In this document: in pieces, positions 39,426 to 48,738 of the stretch
How the letters are laid out: the number at the start of each line of letters is the position of its first letter
Numbering within the stretch: position 1 is the first letter of the stretch
Origin: Candidatus Sulfomarinibacteraceae bacterium
GTDB lineage: Bacteria > Acidobacteriota > Thermoanaerobaculia > Thermoanaerobaculales > Sulfomarinibacteraceae
Length of the DNA: 64,000 nucleotides
Assembly (NCBI GenBank): GCA_963796455.1
Contig: CAWCLO010000004.1
Location: 1 to 64,000 of the forward strand
Direction of reading: 5' to 3'
The notes under the pieces: model-generated
Seen by the model: only the letters and a program-made list of their open reading frames with translations
Told to the model about the DNA's origin: nothing
Database searches by the model: none
Position numbers and translations under genes: made by a program

Positions 39426-41693
39426 TCAGTTCTTTTTCCGGAGCACGTTGAGCGCCGAACCAGCCTTGAACCATTCAACCTGTTCGTCATTCAACGTATG
39501 TTTGAGCTGGATCCGGTCTTCCGACCCGTCGGCGTGGTGGATGACGGCCGTGATCAGTTCTCCCGGGGCCAGTCCATCGAGGCCGGTCAGAGACAGACGA
39601 TCATCCACATGGATCTTTTCGTAGTCGGCTGGATCATTGAAGTGCAACGGCAGCATGCCCTGTTTCTTCAAATTGGTCTCGGCGATGCGTGCGAATGACC
39701 GGGCGATGACCGCCATTCCCGCCATGTGGCGGGGCTCCATGGCGGCGTGCTCGCGCGACGACCCTTCGCCATAATTCTCGTCAGCCACCGCAACCCAACG
39801 GATACCGCGTTCCTTGTACGAACGGGCGAGCTTGGGCAGCGACACCGCCTCGCCGGTTTCGATGTCGATTCCGTGGCCGGGTTCGTCGGCAAAGGAGTTG
39901 ATTGCGCCGAGGAAAAGATTGTCCGAAATGTTGTCGAGGTGGCCGCGGAATCTGAGCCATGGGCCGGCTTGTGAGATGTGGTCTGTAGTGCACTTGCCTT
40001 TGGCTTTGAGAAGCACAGGCATGCGCTCGTAGTCCTTGCCGTCCCAGGCGGCAAAAGGCGTGAGCAGCTGCAGCCTTTCCGATCCTTCCGCAACGCTGAC
40101 CTCGACCGAAGATCGATCTTCCGGGGGCGCCTGATATCCGTCGGCCTTGAATATGAAACCGTCAGCCGGCACTTCGGGAGCGGCCGCCGGTGGATTGAGA
40201 GTGTATTTCGAGCCGTCCTCTGCGGTCAGTTCATCGGTCAGTGGGTTGACCGAAAGATAGCCTGCCAGGGCGAAGGCAACCACGATCTCCGGGCTCGAGA
40301 TGAAGCTGTTGGTCTGCGGGTTGCCGTCATTTCGTTTGGCAAAATTGCGGTTGAAGGAGCTGATGATCGAGTTGACATCTCCGTCACTGATGTCGTCGCG
40401 ATGCCATTGTCCGATGCACGGTCCGCAAGCGTTGGCCAGGACGGTTCCTCCGAGTTTGGTGAATGTTTCCAGTTGGCCGTCCCGTTCGATGGTGGCCTCG
40501 ATCTGCTCCGAGCCTGGGGTCACCCAGAGTGTTGATCGGGTTTTCGCGCCGTGGGAAATGGCCTGGTTGGCCACATCGGCGGCCCGGGTGAGGTCTTCGT
40601 AGGAGGAATTGGTGCAGGATCCGATGAGGCCTGCGGTCAGATTGTCGGGATAGTTGTTTTTCGCCGTATCAGCCGCCATTTCGGAGACCGGTCGCGCCAG
40701 ATCGGGCGAGAAGGGGCCGACGATGTGCGGTTCGAGGGTATCGAGATCGATTTCAATCACCAGGTCGAAATAGGATTCCGGGTTCTCCGCGATTTCGGGA
40801 TCCGCGGTCAGCAGGTCCTTGTTGGCCTCTGCCAGCGTTGCGATGCGCGCTCGCTGGGTGGCGTCGAGATAGGTCTTTGCTCGTTCGTCATAGGGGAAGA
40901 TCGAGGTGGTGGCGCCGAGTTCGGCTCCCATATTGGTGATCGTGCCCTTACCGGTGGTCGAGATCGACGAGGTTCCGGGTCCGAAATACTCGATGATCCG
41001 ATTCGTCCCGCCCTTGACCGTGAGGATGCTGAGCAGCTTGAGAATCACGTCCTTGGGTGACGTCCAGCCGCTGAGGCTGCCGGTGAGTTTGACACCGACG
41101 ATCTCCGGCTGCAGAACCTCCCAGTTGAAGCCTGCCATGACGTCCACCGCGTCCGCGCCGCCGACGCCGACGGCAATCATTCCGAGACCGCCGGCATTCG
41201 GAGTGTGGGAATCGGTGCCGATCATCATCCCGCCGGGGAAGGCATAGTTTTCGAGAACCACCTGGTGGATGATGCCGGAGCCGGGTTTCCAGAACCCGAG
41301 GCCGTAGCGTGCCGAGACCGTCTTCAGAAAGTCGTAGACCTCGCGGTTGCGATCGATTGCCGATGCCACATCTTCGTCGGCTCCCGACCGGGCAAGAATC
41401 AAATGATCGCAGTGGACGGTTGAGGGGACCGCAGTTGAATCGCGTCCCGAGAGCATGAACTGGAGCAGGGCCATCTGCGCCGTTGCGTCTTGCATCGCGA
41501 CCCTATCGGGGCGCAACTGCAGATATGCCTTGCCTCGGTCCAGTTCTTCTTCGGGGTCTGCGAGGTGACCGAATACGACCTTTTCGGCCAGGGTGAGCGG
41601 TCGACCGAGACGTTTCCGGATGACGGAGAGGCGTTCGCGAGTGGTGTCGTAAACCGACTGAACGAATTCCGGGGTGGTCTCGATGGTTTGCAT
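39426..41693 (-). CDS. Aconitate hydratase (mitochondrial-like type)
   Basis: [70 protein letters not shown]. Confidence 0.96.
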   Translation of the reverse strand: MQTIETTPEFVQSVYDTTRERLSVIRKRLGRPLTLAEKVVFGHLADPEEELDRGKAYLQLRPDRVAMQDATAQMALLQFMLSGRDSTAVPSTVHCDHLILARSGADEDVASAIDRNREVYDFLKTVSARYGLGFWKPGSGIIHQVVLENYAFPGGMMIGTDSHTPNAGGLGMIAVGVGGADAVDVMAGFNWEVLQPEIVGVKLTGSLSGWTSPKDVILKLLSILTVKGGTNRIIEYFGPGTSSISTTGKGTITNMGAELGATTSIFPYDERAKTYLDATQRARIATLAEANKDLLTADPEIAENPESYFDLVIEIDLDTLEPHIVGPFSPDLARPVSEMAADTAKNNYPDNLTAGLIGSCTNSSYEDLTRAADVANQAISHGAKTRSTLWVTPGSEQIEATIERDGQLETFTKLGGTVLANACGPCIGQWHRDDISDGDVNSIISSFNRNFAKRNDGNPQTNSFISSPEIVVAFALAGYLSVNPLTDELTAEDGSKYTLNPPAAAPEVPADGFIFKADGYQAPPEDRSSVEVSVAEGSERLQLLTPFAAWDGKDYERMPVLLKAKGKCTTDHISQAGPWLRFRGHLDNISDNLFLGAINSFADEPGHGIDIETGEAVSLPKLARSYKERGIRWVAVADENYGEGSSREHAAMEPRHMAGMAVIARSFARIAETNLKKQGMLPLHFNDPADYEKIHVDDRLSLTGLDGLAPGELITAVIHHADGSEDRIQLKHTLNDEQVEWFKAGSALNVLRKKN

Positions 41694-41847
41694 GTGGCTC
41701 TCCTTGGAGTTGTTTGTGGTTTGCATCAACGGCCGATACAACGCCGGGGTGCGACGGGTATTCTACACCCACTTGTGACGGGGGCGGAACCAGTATCCGG
41801 CATCACTCGTGTCTACCAGAGGGGCAGCAGCGACAGAGAACAGCGAT

Positions 41848-41903
41848 CAGCGGCAGCGGTCAGGAGTACAGGCGACGAAGTGGCAACCTCCTGGTCGTTC
41901 AAC
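41848..41903 (+). repeat. Left arm of a 56-bp inverted repeat flanking the four-helix-bundle gene
   Basis: 53/56 match to the reverse complement of 42706-42761. Confidence 0.92.
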
Positions 41904-41911
41904 GAAAGGAA

Positions 41912-41978
41912 CGGCCGTTGTGGTGTAGGCGTCTCGCCTGCACACCGTGCGGCCGAGACGGCCGCACCACAAAGGCCG
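41912..41978. repeat. REP-like palindrome
   Basis: TTGTGGTG..CGTCTCG..TGCAC / GTGCG..CGAGACG..CACCACAA hairpin. Confidence 0.75.
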
Positions 41979-41997
41979 GAGCCCCGAAGAAGTGAGT

Positions 41998-42211
41998 GCT
42001 GTTCGCTGTCCCGGCCGTTGATCGCCGACGCCGACGACTGAACGCTGACGCTGACTACTGTCCACTGTCCCTGCTTGCCGTCCCTGGCGCTGTTTCTGAA
42101 ATCTGTCCAAGACAGAGTCTCGGCTGGCGTTCAGGGACGGCGACAGCGATCAGCGTCAGGGACAGGGAACAGCAATCAGTGTTCAGCGTCAGCGAACAGA
42201 AGTCAGCGTCA
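41998..42211. repeat. Two opposed degenerate hexamer arrays (CGCTG-type, then CAGCG-type)
   Basis: cgctga/ctgtcc units 41998-42092; cagcga/cagcgt/caggga units 42131-42211, separated by TGTCCAAGACAGAGTCTCGG. Confidence 0.75.
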
Positions 42212-42237
42212 CGTTTGACTGGCATGGGGCCCTGAAA

Positions 42238-42591
42238 TCAAGACTTCGGGTTGAGCAATCTCCAAGTCATTGCACGCACCTGATCAAAGGCCTTCATCGC
42301 TTCACTGGCTCTGTTCGGGCTGATCGCCCCGGCGTGAGCGAGAAGCTGCAAGTGGCTGTCGACCTCTTTGGCCGAGGCGTAGGCGATCCTCCAGTGGTTC
42401 GACCGGTCTCTACCAAACCGGCCGTGCCCTTCTGCCAGGTTCGCAGGGACCGAACTTGCCGACCGGATCACCTGATCGGCTATCGACTTCAGAGGAGCTG
42501 GAACCCTCATCACGAGCTTGATCGCGATTCCTGCGGCTTCGAGTGCTTTCGAGTGGGCAACGAGTTTGGTGTTCGTGGCGGCGTTGGACAT
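42238..42591 (-). CDS. Four-helix-bundle protein (23S rRNA IVS protein-like family)
   Basis: 117 aa; DQVIRSASSVPANLAEG.GR and IAYASAKEV signature; GGAGG SD at 42601-42597. Confidence 0.9.
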   Translation of the reverse strand: MSNAATNTKLVAHSKALEAAGIAIKLVMRVPAPLKSIADQVIRSASSVPANLAEGHGRFGRDRSNHWRIAYASAKEVDSHLQLLAHAGAISPNRASEAMKAFDQVRAMTWRLLNPKS

Positions 42592-42727
42592 GGTCACCTC
42601 CGGGTCGTTCATGCCCATACCCACAAGCCGGTGTGGTGGCCGATGTCAAGGATGCCCTGCACCCTGCCTGTCCTTGACATCGGCCGCCCACCGGCTACCT
42701 CTTCTGTTGAACGACCCGGTGGTGGCC
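42592..42727 (-). promoter_or_regulatory. Long 5' leader hairpin occluding the SD of the four-helix-bundle gene
   Basis: Nested stems 42592-42611/42708-42727 (18/20), 42626-42633/42689-42696 (8/8), 42638-42652/42671-42685 (15/15). Confidence 0.65.
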
Positions 42728-42840
42728 ACTTCGTCGCCTGTACTCCTGACCGCTGCCGCTGCTCTCTGGCGCTGAACACTGACCGCTGTCCCTGTTCGCT
42801 GTTGCCTGTCGCTGACGCTGGACACTGTCGCTGCCGCTGC
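42706..42840 (-). repeat. Right arm of the 56-bp inverted repeat plus CGCTG-type hexamer array
   Basis: 42706-42761 is the reverse complement of 41848-41903; continues as cgctgt/cgctga/cgctgc units. Confidence 0.9.
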
Positions 42841-43003
42841 AATTCGGGATCGGGAACGGGTACGTGCCAACCGCGAACCGGATATGCCAAAAACCAACCC
42901 GTAAACCACGTGTTGTCAGGTGGGTAACTTCAGGTGACGATCTGTTTTGGACAGCAGTGATCCTGCATCTTGAATCTTGTGGGCGGGCTAAGCTGGTCAT
43001 ATC

Positions 43004-43516
43004 ATGGCATCCGATCCAGCGTGCACGAGGCCGCCGCCCCGCTTCCTCTGCGATGCCATGCTGGGTTCCCTGGCTCGGTGGTTGCGTTTGTTCGGCTTCG
43101 ACTGCGACTATCCGGCGCCCGGGATCGAGGATCGGGTGCTCGCCGAGCGCGCGCGGGCCGAGGGACGATGGCTGTTGACCCGCGATCGGGAACTGGCGGC
43201 GGTCGGACCACGATCCATGTTGATTCGGCAATCGGATCTCGACGACCAATTGGTCGAGGTTTTCACCCGGCTCGCCTGCCTGCCTACGGCGACGCTCGAG
43301 GCGGCGCGGTGCGCGGAATGCAACGGGGTGCTCGAGGAGGCAGCGCCACGCGACGTGAGCGATTCGGCGCCTCCCCACGTCCTTCGGACAACATCGAGAT
43401 TCAGCCTTTGCTCTGGTTGTGGCAGGGTGTATTGGCCCGGCAGTCACGGCGAGAGAATCGTTCGGCGGATGGCAGCGGTGGTGGGGCGGGCGAAAATCAT
43501 GTTATCCAAGAAATGA
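43004..43516 (+). CDS. Mut7-C RNase domain protein (PIN-like + zinc ribbon)
   Basis: RFLCDAMLGSLARWLRLFGFD, LLTRDREL, RCAECNG, CSGCGRVYWPGSH. Confidence 0.9.
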   Translation: MASDPACTRPPPRFLCDAMLGSLARWLRLFGFDCDYPAPGIEDRVLAERARAEGRWLLTRDRELAAVGPRSMLIRQSDLDDQLVEVFTRLACLPTATLEAARCAECNGVLEEAAPRDVSDSAPPHVLRTTSRFSLCSGCGRVYWPGSHGERIVRRMAAVVGRAKIMLSKK

Positions 43517-43585
43517 AGTCAACAGTGACCAGTTGAAGTTATCAGTCACCAGTTGTCAGTCAGTGGGTCGGTAGGCTCGAAGTCT

Positions 43586-44296
43586 TTAATTTTCAGGTAC
43601 AAAGCCGAGTCGAACCAGGGCCCGCCGGGCCGCCTGCTGCTGCGCCTCTCGCTTGCTGACGCCTTCGCCGCGGGCAACTTCGTCACCATCCCACTCGACC
43701 ACGTAGACCCACAGACGTTGGTGGTCGGGGCCTGATGCACCGGCCTGCCGGTACCTCGGTAAGGGCAGATTGCGCGCTTGCGCAGCCTCCTGGAGCGAAG
43801 ACTTCGGATCGGCCAGAGCGAGGGTCCTGTCATCGAGATTGTTGAGATCTTCGGCAAACTGATGTTCGATAAAGGCGAATGCCGCCTCCCAACCACCGTC
43901 GAGAGCGATCGCTCCAATGATGGCTTCGAACAGATCTTCGAGCAAAGCGGAGCGTTCCCGTCCTCGACCCAGTTCTTCGCTCGGTCCGAGCTCGACCCAG
44001 CCGTCGAGACCGAGCAGGGCGGCCCTCTCGGCCAGTCTTTCCGATCGCACGAGGTGGACCCGCTTCCGGGTCAAGAGGCCCTGGTCATCATTTGGAAAGA
44101 TCTCGAAAAGCAGTCGCGCGACGGCGTGCCCGAGGACCGCGTCGCCGAGGAACTCGAGGCGCTGATAGGACCCCGCTGTGTACGCGGTGGCCGCTGAACC
44201 GTGGCGCAGCGCGCGCCGGAGAAGCTCGGGGTCGGAAAAACTGTGACCCAACAAGGCTTCGAGATCTGTGACAGCGTCGTCTCTGAGTCCGGTCAT
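43586..44296 (-). CDS. rnc: Ribonuclease III
   Basis: QRLEFLGDAVL, DLFEAIIGAI.LD.G, dsRBD DPKSSLQE...GPDH...G.SKREAQQ.AA. Confidence 0.95.
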   Translation of the reverse strand: MTGLRDDAVTDLEALLGHSFSDPELLRRALRHGSAATAYTAGSYQRLEFLGDAVLGHAVARLLFEIFPNDDQGLLTRKRVHLVRSERLAERAALLGLDGWVELGPSEELGRGRERSALLEDLFEAIIGAIALDGGWEAAFAFIEHQFAEDLNNLDDRTLALADPKSSLQEAAQARNLPLPRYRQAGASGPDHQRLWVYVVEWDGDEVARGEGVSKREAQQQAARRALVRLGFVPEN

Positions 44297-44377
44297 GGGT
44301 GCATTGTACCCGCGGTTGCAGGCCGCCGAGAGCATTTCCGGAGGGATGATCGCGGCAGAGGAAGGTACGATGTCGTG

Positions 44378-46204
44378 GTGACGTCACATCATCCATTGCT
44401 CGAGCGCGCGCATGAAGCGCCGGAAAAGCCGGGGGTCTATCGATTCCAGGACAAGAACGGCAAGGACATCTACGTCGGCAAGGCGCTCAATCTGCGGCGA
44501 CGGGTGCTTTCTTATTTCGGCAAGCACGACCTCCCGGAGCGAACCCTCACCATGATCGGCAAGGCGCGTGGCCTCGACTTCACGGTCACCGCCACCGAGG
44601 CCGAGGCCTTCATTCTCGAAAACAATCTGATCAAACGCCTCCGTCCCCGCTACAACATCAATTTGCGGGACGACAAGACCTATCCCTACCTCAAGGTCAC
44701 TACCGGAGAGGTCTGGCCGCGGGTCGAGCTCACTCGAAGGGTTCGCGACGACGGCCACGCCTACTTCGGGCCTTTCATGGGCCAACACATGGCTCGCAAG
44801 CTGATGGATCTCGCGCGGACCAACTTCCAGGTCCGGACGTGCCGGATAGAGATCGACGGCAAGCTGCCGCGCCCGTGTCTCTACTACCACATGCGCGCCT
44901 GCCTCGGGCCCTGCGTCGATGGTCTGACGACCCCCGAGGCCTACGCCGAATCCGTCGATGAATTGCGCCTTTTTCTCGAGGGGCGTCATCGCCAGTTGTT
45001 GCCGCGTTTGGAAAAGAACATGTGGGTCGCGTCGGAGCGCGAGGATTTTGAACTCGCAGCGCGCTATCGGGACCTCTTGAAGGTGGTCGGTCGGCTCGGT
45101 GAACGCCAGGATGTGGAACGTCCGGGTCGCGGTGACACCGATGCGGTGGCGATCTGGACCGATGGTGAGCACGCCTCAGTGTGCGTACTGCCGTTTCGAG
45201 CCGGGCGTCTGGTGGAAAAACGGGAATTCCACTTCGAAGGAATCGGCGAGGTTTCAGCCTCCGATCTGTTGACGACCTTTCTCGCGCAATACTACGAAGC
45301 CAACCCGTCGGTTCCCGGCCGGGTGGATACGGCGCAGGATCTCGAGTCTGAGGACAAGGTACTTCTGGGCGCCTATCTCCGTCACATCCGCGGCCTCAAG
45401 ATCGATCTCACGAACCCGCGTCGAGGTCCGAGGGTTCGCCGTACCCAGTTGGCCCTGGACAATGCCCGGGCAGCCTTCGATCTCCGATTCCGCGCTCCAC
45501 GTTCGCAAGCGCAGCACCTTGCGCGACGGCTCGGCGAGGCCCTCGGCCTGCCGGGGCCGGTGCGGCATATCGAGTGCTTTGACATCTCACATTCTGGGGG
45601 CAAGGAGACGACGGCCTCCTGCGTGGTCTGGCAGGACGGTCGCATGAACAAGAAGCAATACCGGAGTTTTCACATCCGTTCGGTCGAAGGGGTGGACGAT
45701 TTTGGGTCGATTGCGGAAGCTGTCGGCCGCCGTTATCGCCGACTCATCGACGAGAATCGTGCGATGCCGGATCTCGTGTTGATCGATGGCGGGGTCGGCC
45801 AGCTCAACGCGGCGATGGCGGCCCTCGATTCTCTGGAACTCGATCTACCTCTGGCGGCTCTGGCCAAACGTGAAGAAGAAGTCTGGTTGCCGACGGCCTC
45901 CGAGCCTCTACGGCTCGATCCATCTGATCCGGCCCACCTGGTTTTGCGGGAGACGCGTGACGAGGCCCATCGCTTCGCCATCAGCCGGCACCGCTCGCGG
46001 AGAAGCAAACGGACTCTGGCCTCACAGCTCCTGGCGGTCCCGGGTATCGGACCGGGCAGGGCAAAATCGCTGCTCACCCGTTTTGGATCGGTGCGTGCGG
46101 TGCAGCAGGCTTCCGTCGAAGAGCTGCAGCGAGCCTTGGGACCGAGACTGGGTCGACACCTCTTTCACCATCTGCATGCGGGGGAGCCGCCGGCCGAAGG
46201 CTGA
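44378..46204 (+). CDS. uvrC: Excinuclease ABC subunit C
   Basis: PGVY..IYVGKA.NLR.RV.SYF, PRYNI.LRDDK.YPY, ECFDISH, DLVLIDGG.GQL, RDEAHRFA, HhH PGIGP. Confidence 0.96.
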   Translation: MTSHHPLLERAHEAPEKPGVYRFQDKNGKDIYVGKALNLRRRVLSYFGKHDLPERTLTMIGKARGLDFTVTATEAEAFILENNLIKRLRPRYNINLRDDKTYPYLKVTTGEVWPRVELTRRVRDDGHAYFGPFMGQHMARKLMDLARTNFQVRTCRIEIDGKLPRPCLYYHMRACLGPCVDGLTTPEAYAESVDELRLFLEGRHRQLLPRLEKNMWVASEREDFELAARYRDLLKVVGRLGERQDVERPGRGDTDAVAIWTDGEHASVCVLPFRAGRLVEKREFHFEGIGEVSASDLLTTFLAQYYEANPSVPGRVDTAQDLESEDKVLLGAYLRHIRGLKIDLTNPRRGPRVRRTQLALDNARAAFDLRFRAPRSQAQHLARRLGEALGLPGPVRHIECFDISHSGGKETTASCVVWQDGRMNKKQYRSFHIRSVEGVDDFGSIAEAVGRRYRRLIDENRAMPDLVLIDGGVGQLNAAMAALDSLELDLPLAALAKREEEVWLPTASEPLRLDPSDPAHLVLRETRDEAHRFAISRHRSRRSKRTLASQLLAVPGIGPGRAKSLLTRFGSVRAVQQASVEELQRALGPRLGRHLFHHLHAGEPPAEG

Positions 46205-46205
46205 C

Positions 46206-46316
46206 GAGTTCTGAGTTCTGAATTCGGAATTCTGAGTTCTGCATTCGCTCTGCCGCCCGTTTCAATGCCGGATTCGTGACGAAAACTCCGAACTCCGAAT
46301 TCCGCACTCCGAATTC
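46206..46316. repeat. Inverted pair of heptamer arrays around a ~36-bp unique core
   Basis: Six GAGTTCT/GAATTCG units 46206-46247; AACTCCG-type units 46284-46316. Confidence 0.88.
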
Positions 46317-46337
46317 GGGGTGTTAATGTGGCGTCCT

Positions 46338-47015
46338 ATGTTCATCTCCGAAACATTCACGAGCATTCAGGGCGAAGGGATCCTTGCCGGAGTACCGTCC
46401 CACTTCATTCGCACCTCGGGGTGCAATCTCCGCTGCCGTTGGTGCGACACCCCGTATACCTCGTGGCTGCCGGAGGGCAATCGTCGATCGGTGACGGAGC
46501 TTGTGGCAGAGGCTCGATCCTCTGGCGTCGGTCATGTCGTGGTGACAGGCGGAGAGCCTCTTTTGCAGCGGGAGATCGGAGTCCTGACGAATGATCTGGC
46601 GGCCGCCGGTCTGCACGTGACGGTGGAGACCGCAGGCACGATTGACGCAGACTTCCACTGCGATCTGTTGTCGTTGTCTCCAAAGACCGCGAACTCCGAT
46701 CCCGGGGGCCCGCGGCGTGACCGCCATCGTTTGCTGCGTGCGGATCAAGGGCCGGTTCGGCGTCTCGTGGCCCGCTTTTCCGAGTACCAGTTGAAGTTTG
46801 TCATAGAAGATGGCGGAGATCTCGAGGAGGTCCTGGAATTGATCGACGGTATCGGAGGTATCGAGACGGCACGCGTCCTGCTGATGGCGCAGGGCAGGAC
46901 CGCAGAAGAGGTGGCCGAACGTGCCGCGGCCGTCGCGGCCTTGTGTCTGGAGCATGGCTTTCGCTACACTCCCCGACTGCATTTGGACCTCTTCGGAGGT
47001 GGCCGGGGAGTGTGA
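46338..47015 (+). CDS. queE: 7-carboxy-7-deazaguanine synthase (radical SAM)
   Basis: ETF.SIQGEG, CNLRCRWCDT, TGGEPLLQ, VETAG, SLSPK, PRLH. Confidence 0.92.
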   Translation: MFISETFTSIQGEGILAGVPSHFIRTSGCNLRCRWCDTPYTSWLPEGNRRSVTELVAEARSSGVGHVVVTGGEPLLQREIGVLTNDLAAAGLHVTVETAGTIDADFHCDLLSLSPKTANSDPGGPRRDRHRLLRADQGPVRRLVARFSEYQLKFVIEDGGDLEEVLELIDGIGGIETARVLLMAQGRTAEEVAERAAAVAALCLEHGFRYTPRLHLDLFGGGRGV

Positions 47016-47486
47016 ATGGGTTATTTCAGACTGGCAAAGACTTTCGAGGTCGAATACGGACACCGGTTGAGCAAACATCCGGAGAAGTGCCGTTTTCCTC
47101 ATGGCCACAGCTTGCGCATCGAGGTGGTCGTGCGGGGACGCGAGTTGGACGACCACGACATGGTCTGTGACTACAAGGCGCTCAAGATGCTCGTGATCGA
47201 TATCGTTGATCGACTGGACCACGGGATGGCGCTCAACTCGAAGGACCCTGAACTCGAGAGCCTGAAGGGAATCGGTGAGCGGATCCTGCTCTTCGAAGAC
47301 ATGGACCCGACTTCCGAGGTCCTGGCGCGTTGGATATTCGAAGAGATGGCCGCGCGACTGGCGAATGCCCATGACGTCGAGGCTCCGTCCGGGGTGGCCT
47401 ACCTGATCCCGAACGATCTCGAACTGGAACGGGTTCGGGTATGGGAGACCTCAACTTCGTGGGGAGAATTCGTGGGGATTGAATGA
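47016..47486 (+). CDS. queD: 6-carboxytetrahydropterin synthase
   Basis: HRL....KC..PHGHS, DY, LDH, PTSEVLA, VWET; adjacent to queE. Confidence 0.9.
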   Translation: MGYFRLAKTFEVEYGHRLSKHPEKCRFPHGHSLRIEVVVRGRELDDHDMVCDYKALKMLVIDIVDRLDHGMALNSKDPELESLKGIGERILLFEDMDPTSEVLARWIFEEMAARLANAHDVEAPSGVAYLIPNDLELERVRVWETSTSWGEFVGIE

Positions 47487-47496
47487 AAGAGGGCAC

Positions 47497-47596
47497 ATTC
47501 GGATTTCCGATTTCGGATTTCGGAATTCCCATCGCACCTGCTGTGGAGAATTGGTTTGTCCCTGAACTCCGAACTCCGAAATCCGAACTCCGAATT
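47497..47596. repeat. Inverted pair of heptamer arrays around a ~35-bp unique core
   Basis: ATTTCGG-type units 47497-47528; AACTCCG-type units 47565-47596. Confidence 0.85.
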
Positions 47597-47604
47597 GATC
47601 GCTA

Positions 47605-48648
47605 GTGGATTATTCGCATGAAAATCCGTTGGTTGCACCTGCCGATGTGAAACATTGGCTCGAGGCGATCCCTGGACCGATCGCCATCACCGGTGGAACC
47701 GGTTTCGTCGGCTCCCATCTCGTGGATTGCCTGTGCGCGGCCGGTATCAGACCGAGGGTTCTCGTGCGCCGGCCGGATGATCCGCGGTGGATCGCTGATG
47801 CTCCGGTAGAGATGATCGAGGGGTCGCTGGAGGATATTGACGCCCTGGGTCGATTGGTCGATGGGGCCGGATCGGTTTTTCACATAGCGGGCGTGCTGCG
47901 GGCTGCCAGCGAAAAGGACTTTGACGAAGGCAACCGGCAGGGCACACAAAACCTCGTCCGCGCGGTCGGCCGAAACGCTGCCTCAGCGCGTCTGATCCAC
48001 GTCTCCTCGCTCGCCGCGGTAGGTCCGTCCCCGGAACCGGAGGGGGTCGGACCGGAAGCCGAAGCGGCGCCGGTGTCCTGGTATGGAAAATCGAAGTTGG
48101 CGGCAGAAGGGGAGATACGGGCCGGGGCGGGGGACGGTTGGTGGACGATCATCCGGCCGCCTGCGATCTATGGGCCTCGAGACAGCGACATCTTCGAGTT
48201 CTTTCGAATGGCCGACCGGGGTGTGGTCGCTTTTCCGGGCGGGGAGCGTTGGCTGACCGTGTCATATGTTGGCGATGTCGTGCGGGCGATTCTCGCCGCT
48301 GCTGCGGGCAACGCGGGTGCCGTCTTCCACATCGGGGAGCCGGAGCCGGTGCGACTCGACGATATGATTTCGATCCTGTCGGAAGCGGGTGGCGTGCGGT
48401 CGAAGGTGGTCAAATTGCCACCGTGGTTGGTGGCGGGGGCCGGGTCGATTGGCAGTCTCCTGCAACGTCTCGGTTGGCGCCGGTTGCCTCTGACGCAGGA
48501 CAAATGTCGCGATTTGCTGGCCTCCCACTGGACGGCACGCACGGCTGATTCCCTGCAGGCGCTCGGTATCGCTTCGCAAACGCTTTTTGCCCCGGGGTGC
48601 CGAGAAACCTGGCAGTGGTATCGCGAGCAGGGCTGGCTGGCACGCTGA
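47605..48648 (+). CDS. NAD(P)-dependent epimerase/dehydratase-type SDR; candidate ketosphingolipid reductase
   Basis: ITGGTGFVG, HVSSLAA, YGKSK, IRPPAIYGP; sphingolipid role inferred from neighbours only. Confidence 0.85.
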   Translation: MDYSHENPLVAPADVKHWLEAIPGPIAITGGTGFVGSHLVDCLCAAGIRPRVLVRRPDDPRWIADAPVEMIEGSLEDIDALGRLVDGAGSVFHIAGVLRAASEKDFDEGNRQGTQNLVRAVGRNAASARLIHVSSLAAVGPSPEPEGVGPEAEAAPVSWYGKSKLAAEGEIRAGAGDGWWTIIRPPAIYGPRDSDIFEFFRMADRGVVAFPGGERWLTVSYVGDVVRAILAAAAGNAGAVFHIGEPEPVRLDDMISILSEAGGVRSKVVKLPPWLVAGAGSIGSLLQRLGWRRLPLTQDKCRDLLASHWTARTADSLQALGIASQTLFAPGCRETWQWYREQGWLAR

Positions 48649-48738
48649 CACCGGATCTCCTGCTATTATTACGACGCCGTGTCAGTGACGACGACGATTT
48701 CTGGGGTCGGGTCCGAGGCTTGATCCAACGGAGTGCAT

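Noticed and set aside
42644..42679. Perfect TTGACA on both strands as divergent promoters
   Set aside because: They are the two arms of the 15-bp stem, and no convincing -10 was found at 16-18 bp.
41848..42761. Diversity-generating retroelement (four-helix bundle as Avd, repeat pair as TR/VR)
   Set aside because: The repeats are inverted and non-coding, mismatches are not adenine-specific, and no reverse transcriptase is in the window.
46338..47486. 7-deazaguanine DNA-modification (dpd) island
   Set aside because: Only queE and queD in a housekeeping context; no dpdA/tgt-like or other dpd genes.
30017..47596. CRISPR array (spacer-sized unique cores)
   Set aside because: Flanks are inverted 7-mer arrays, each site has a single core, there are no 25-45 bp direct repeats and no cas genes.
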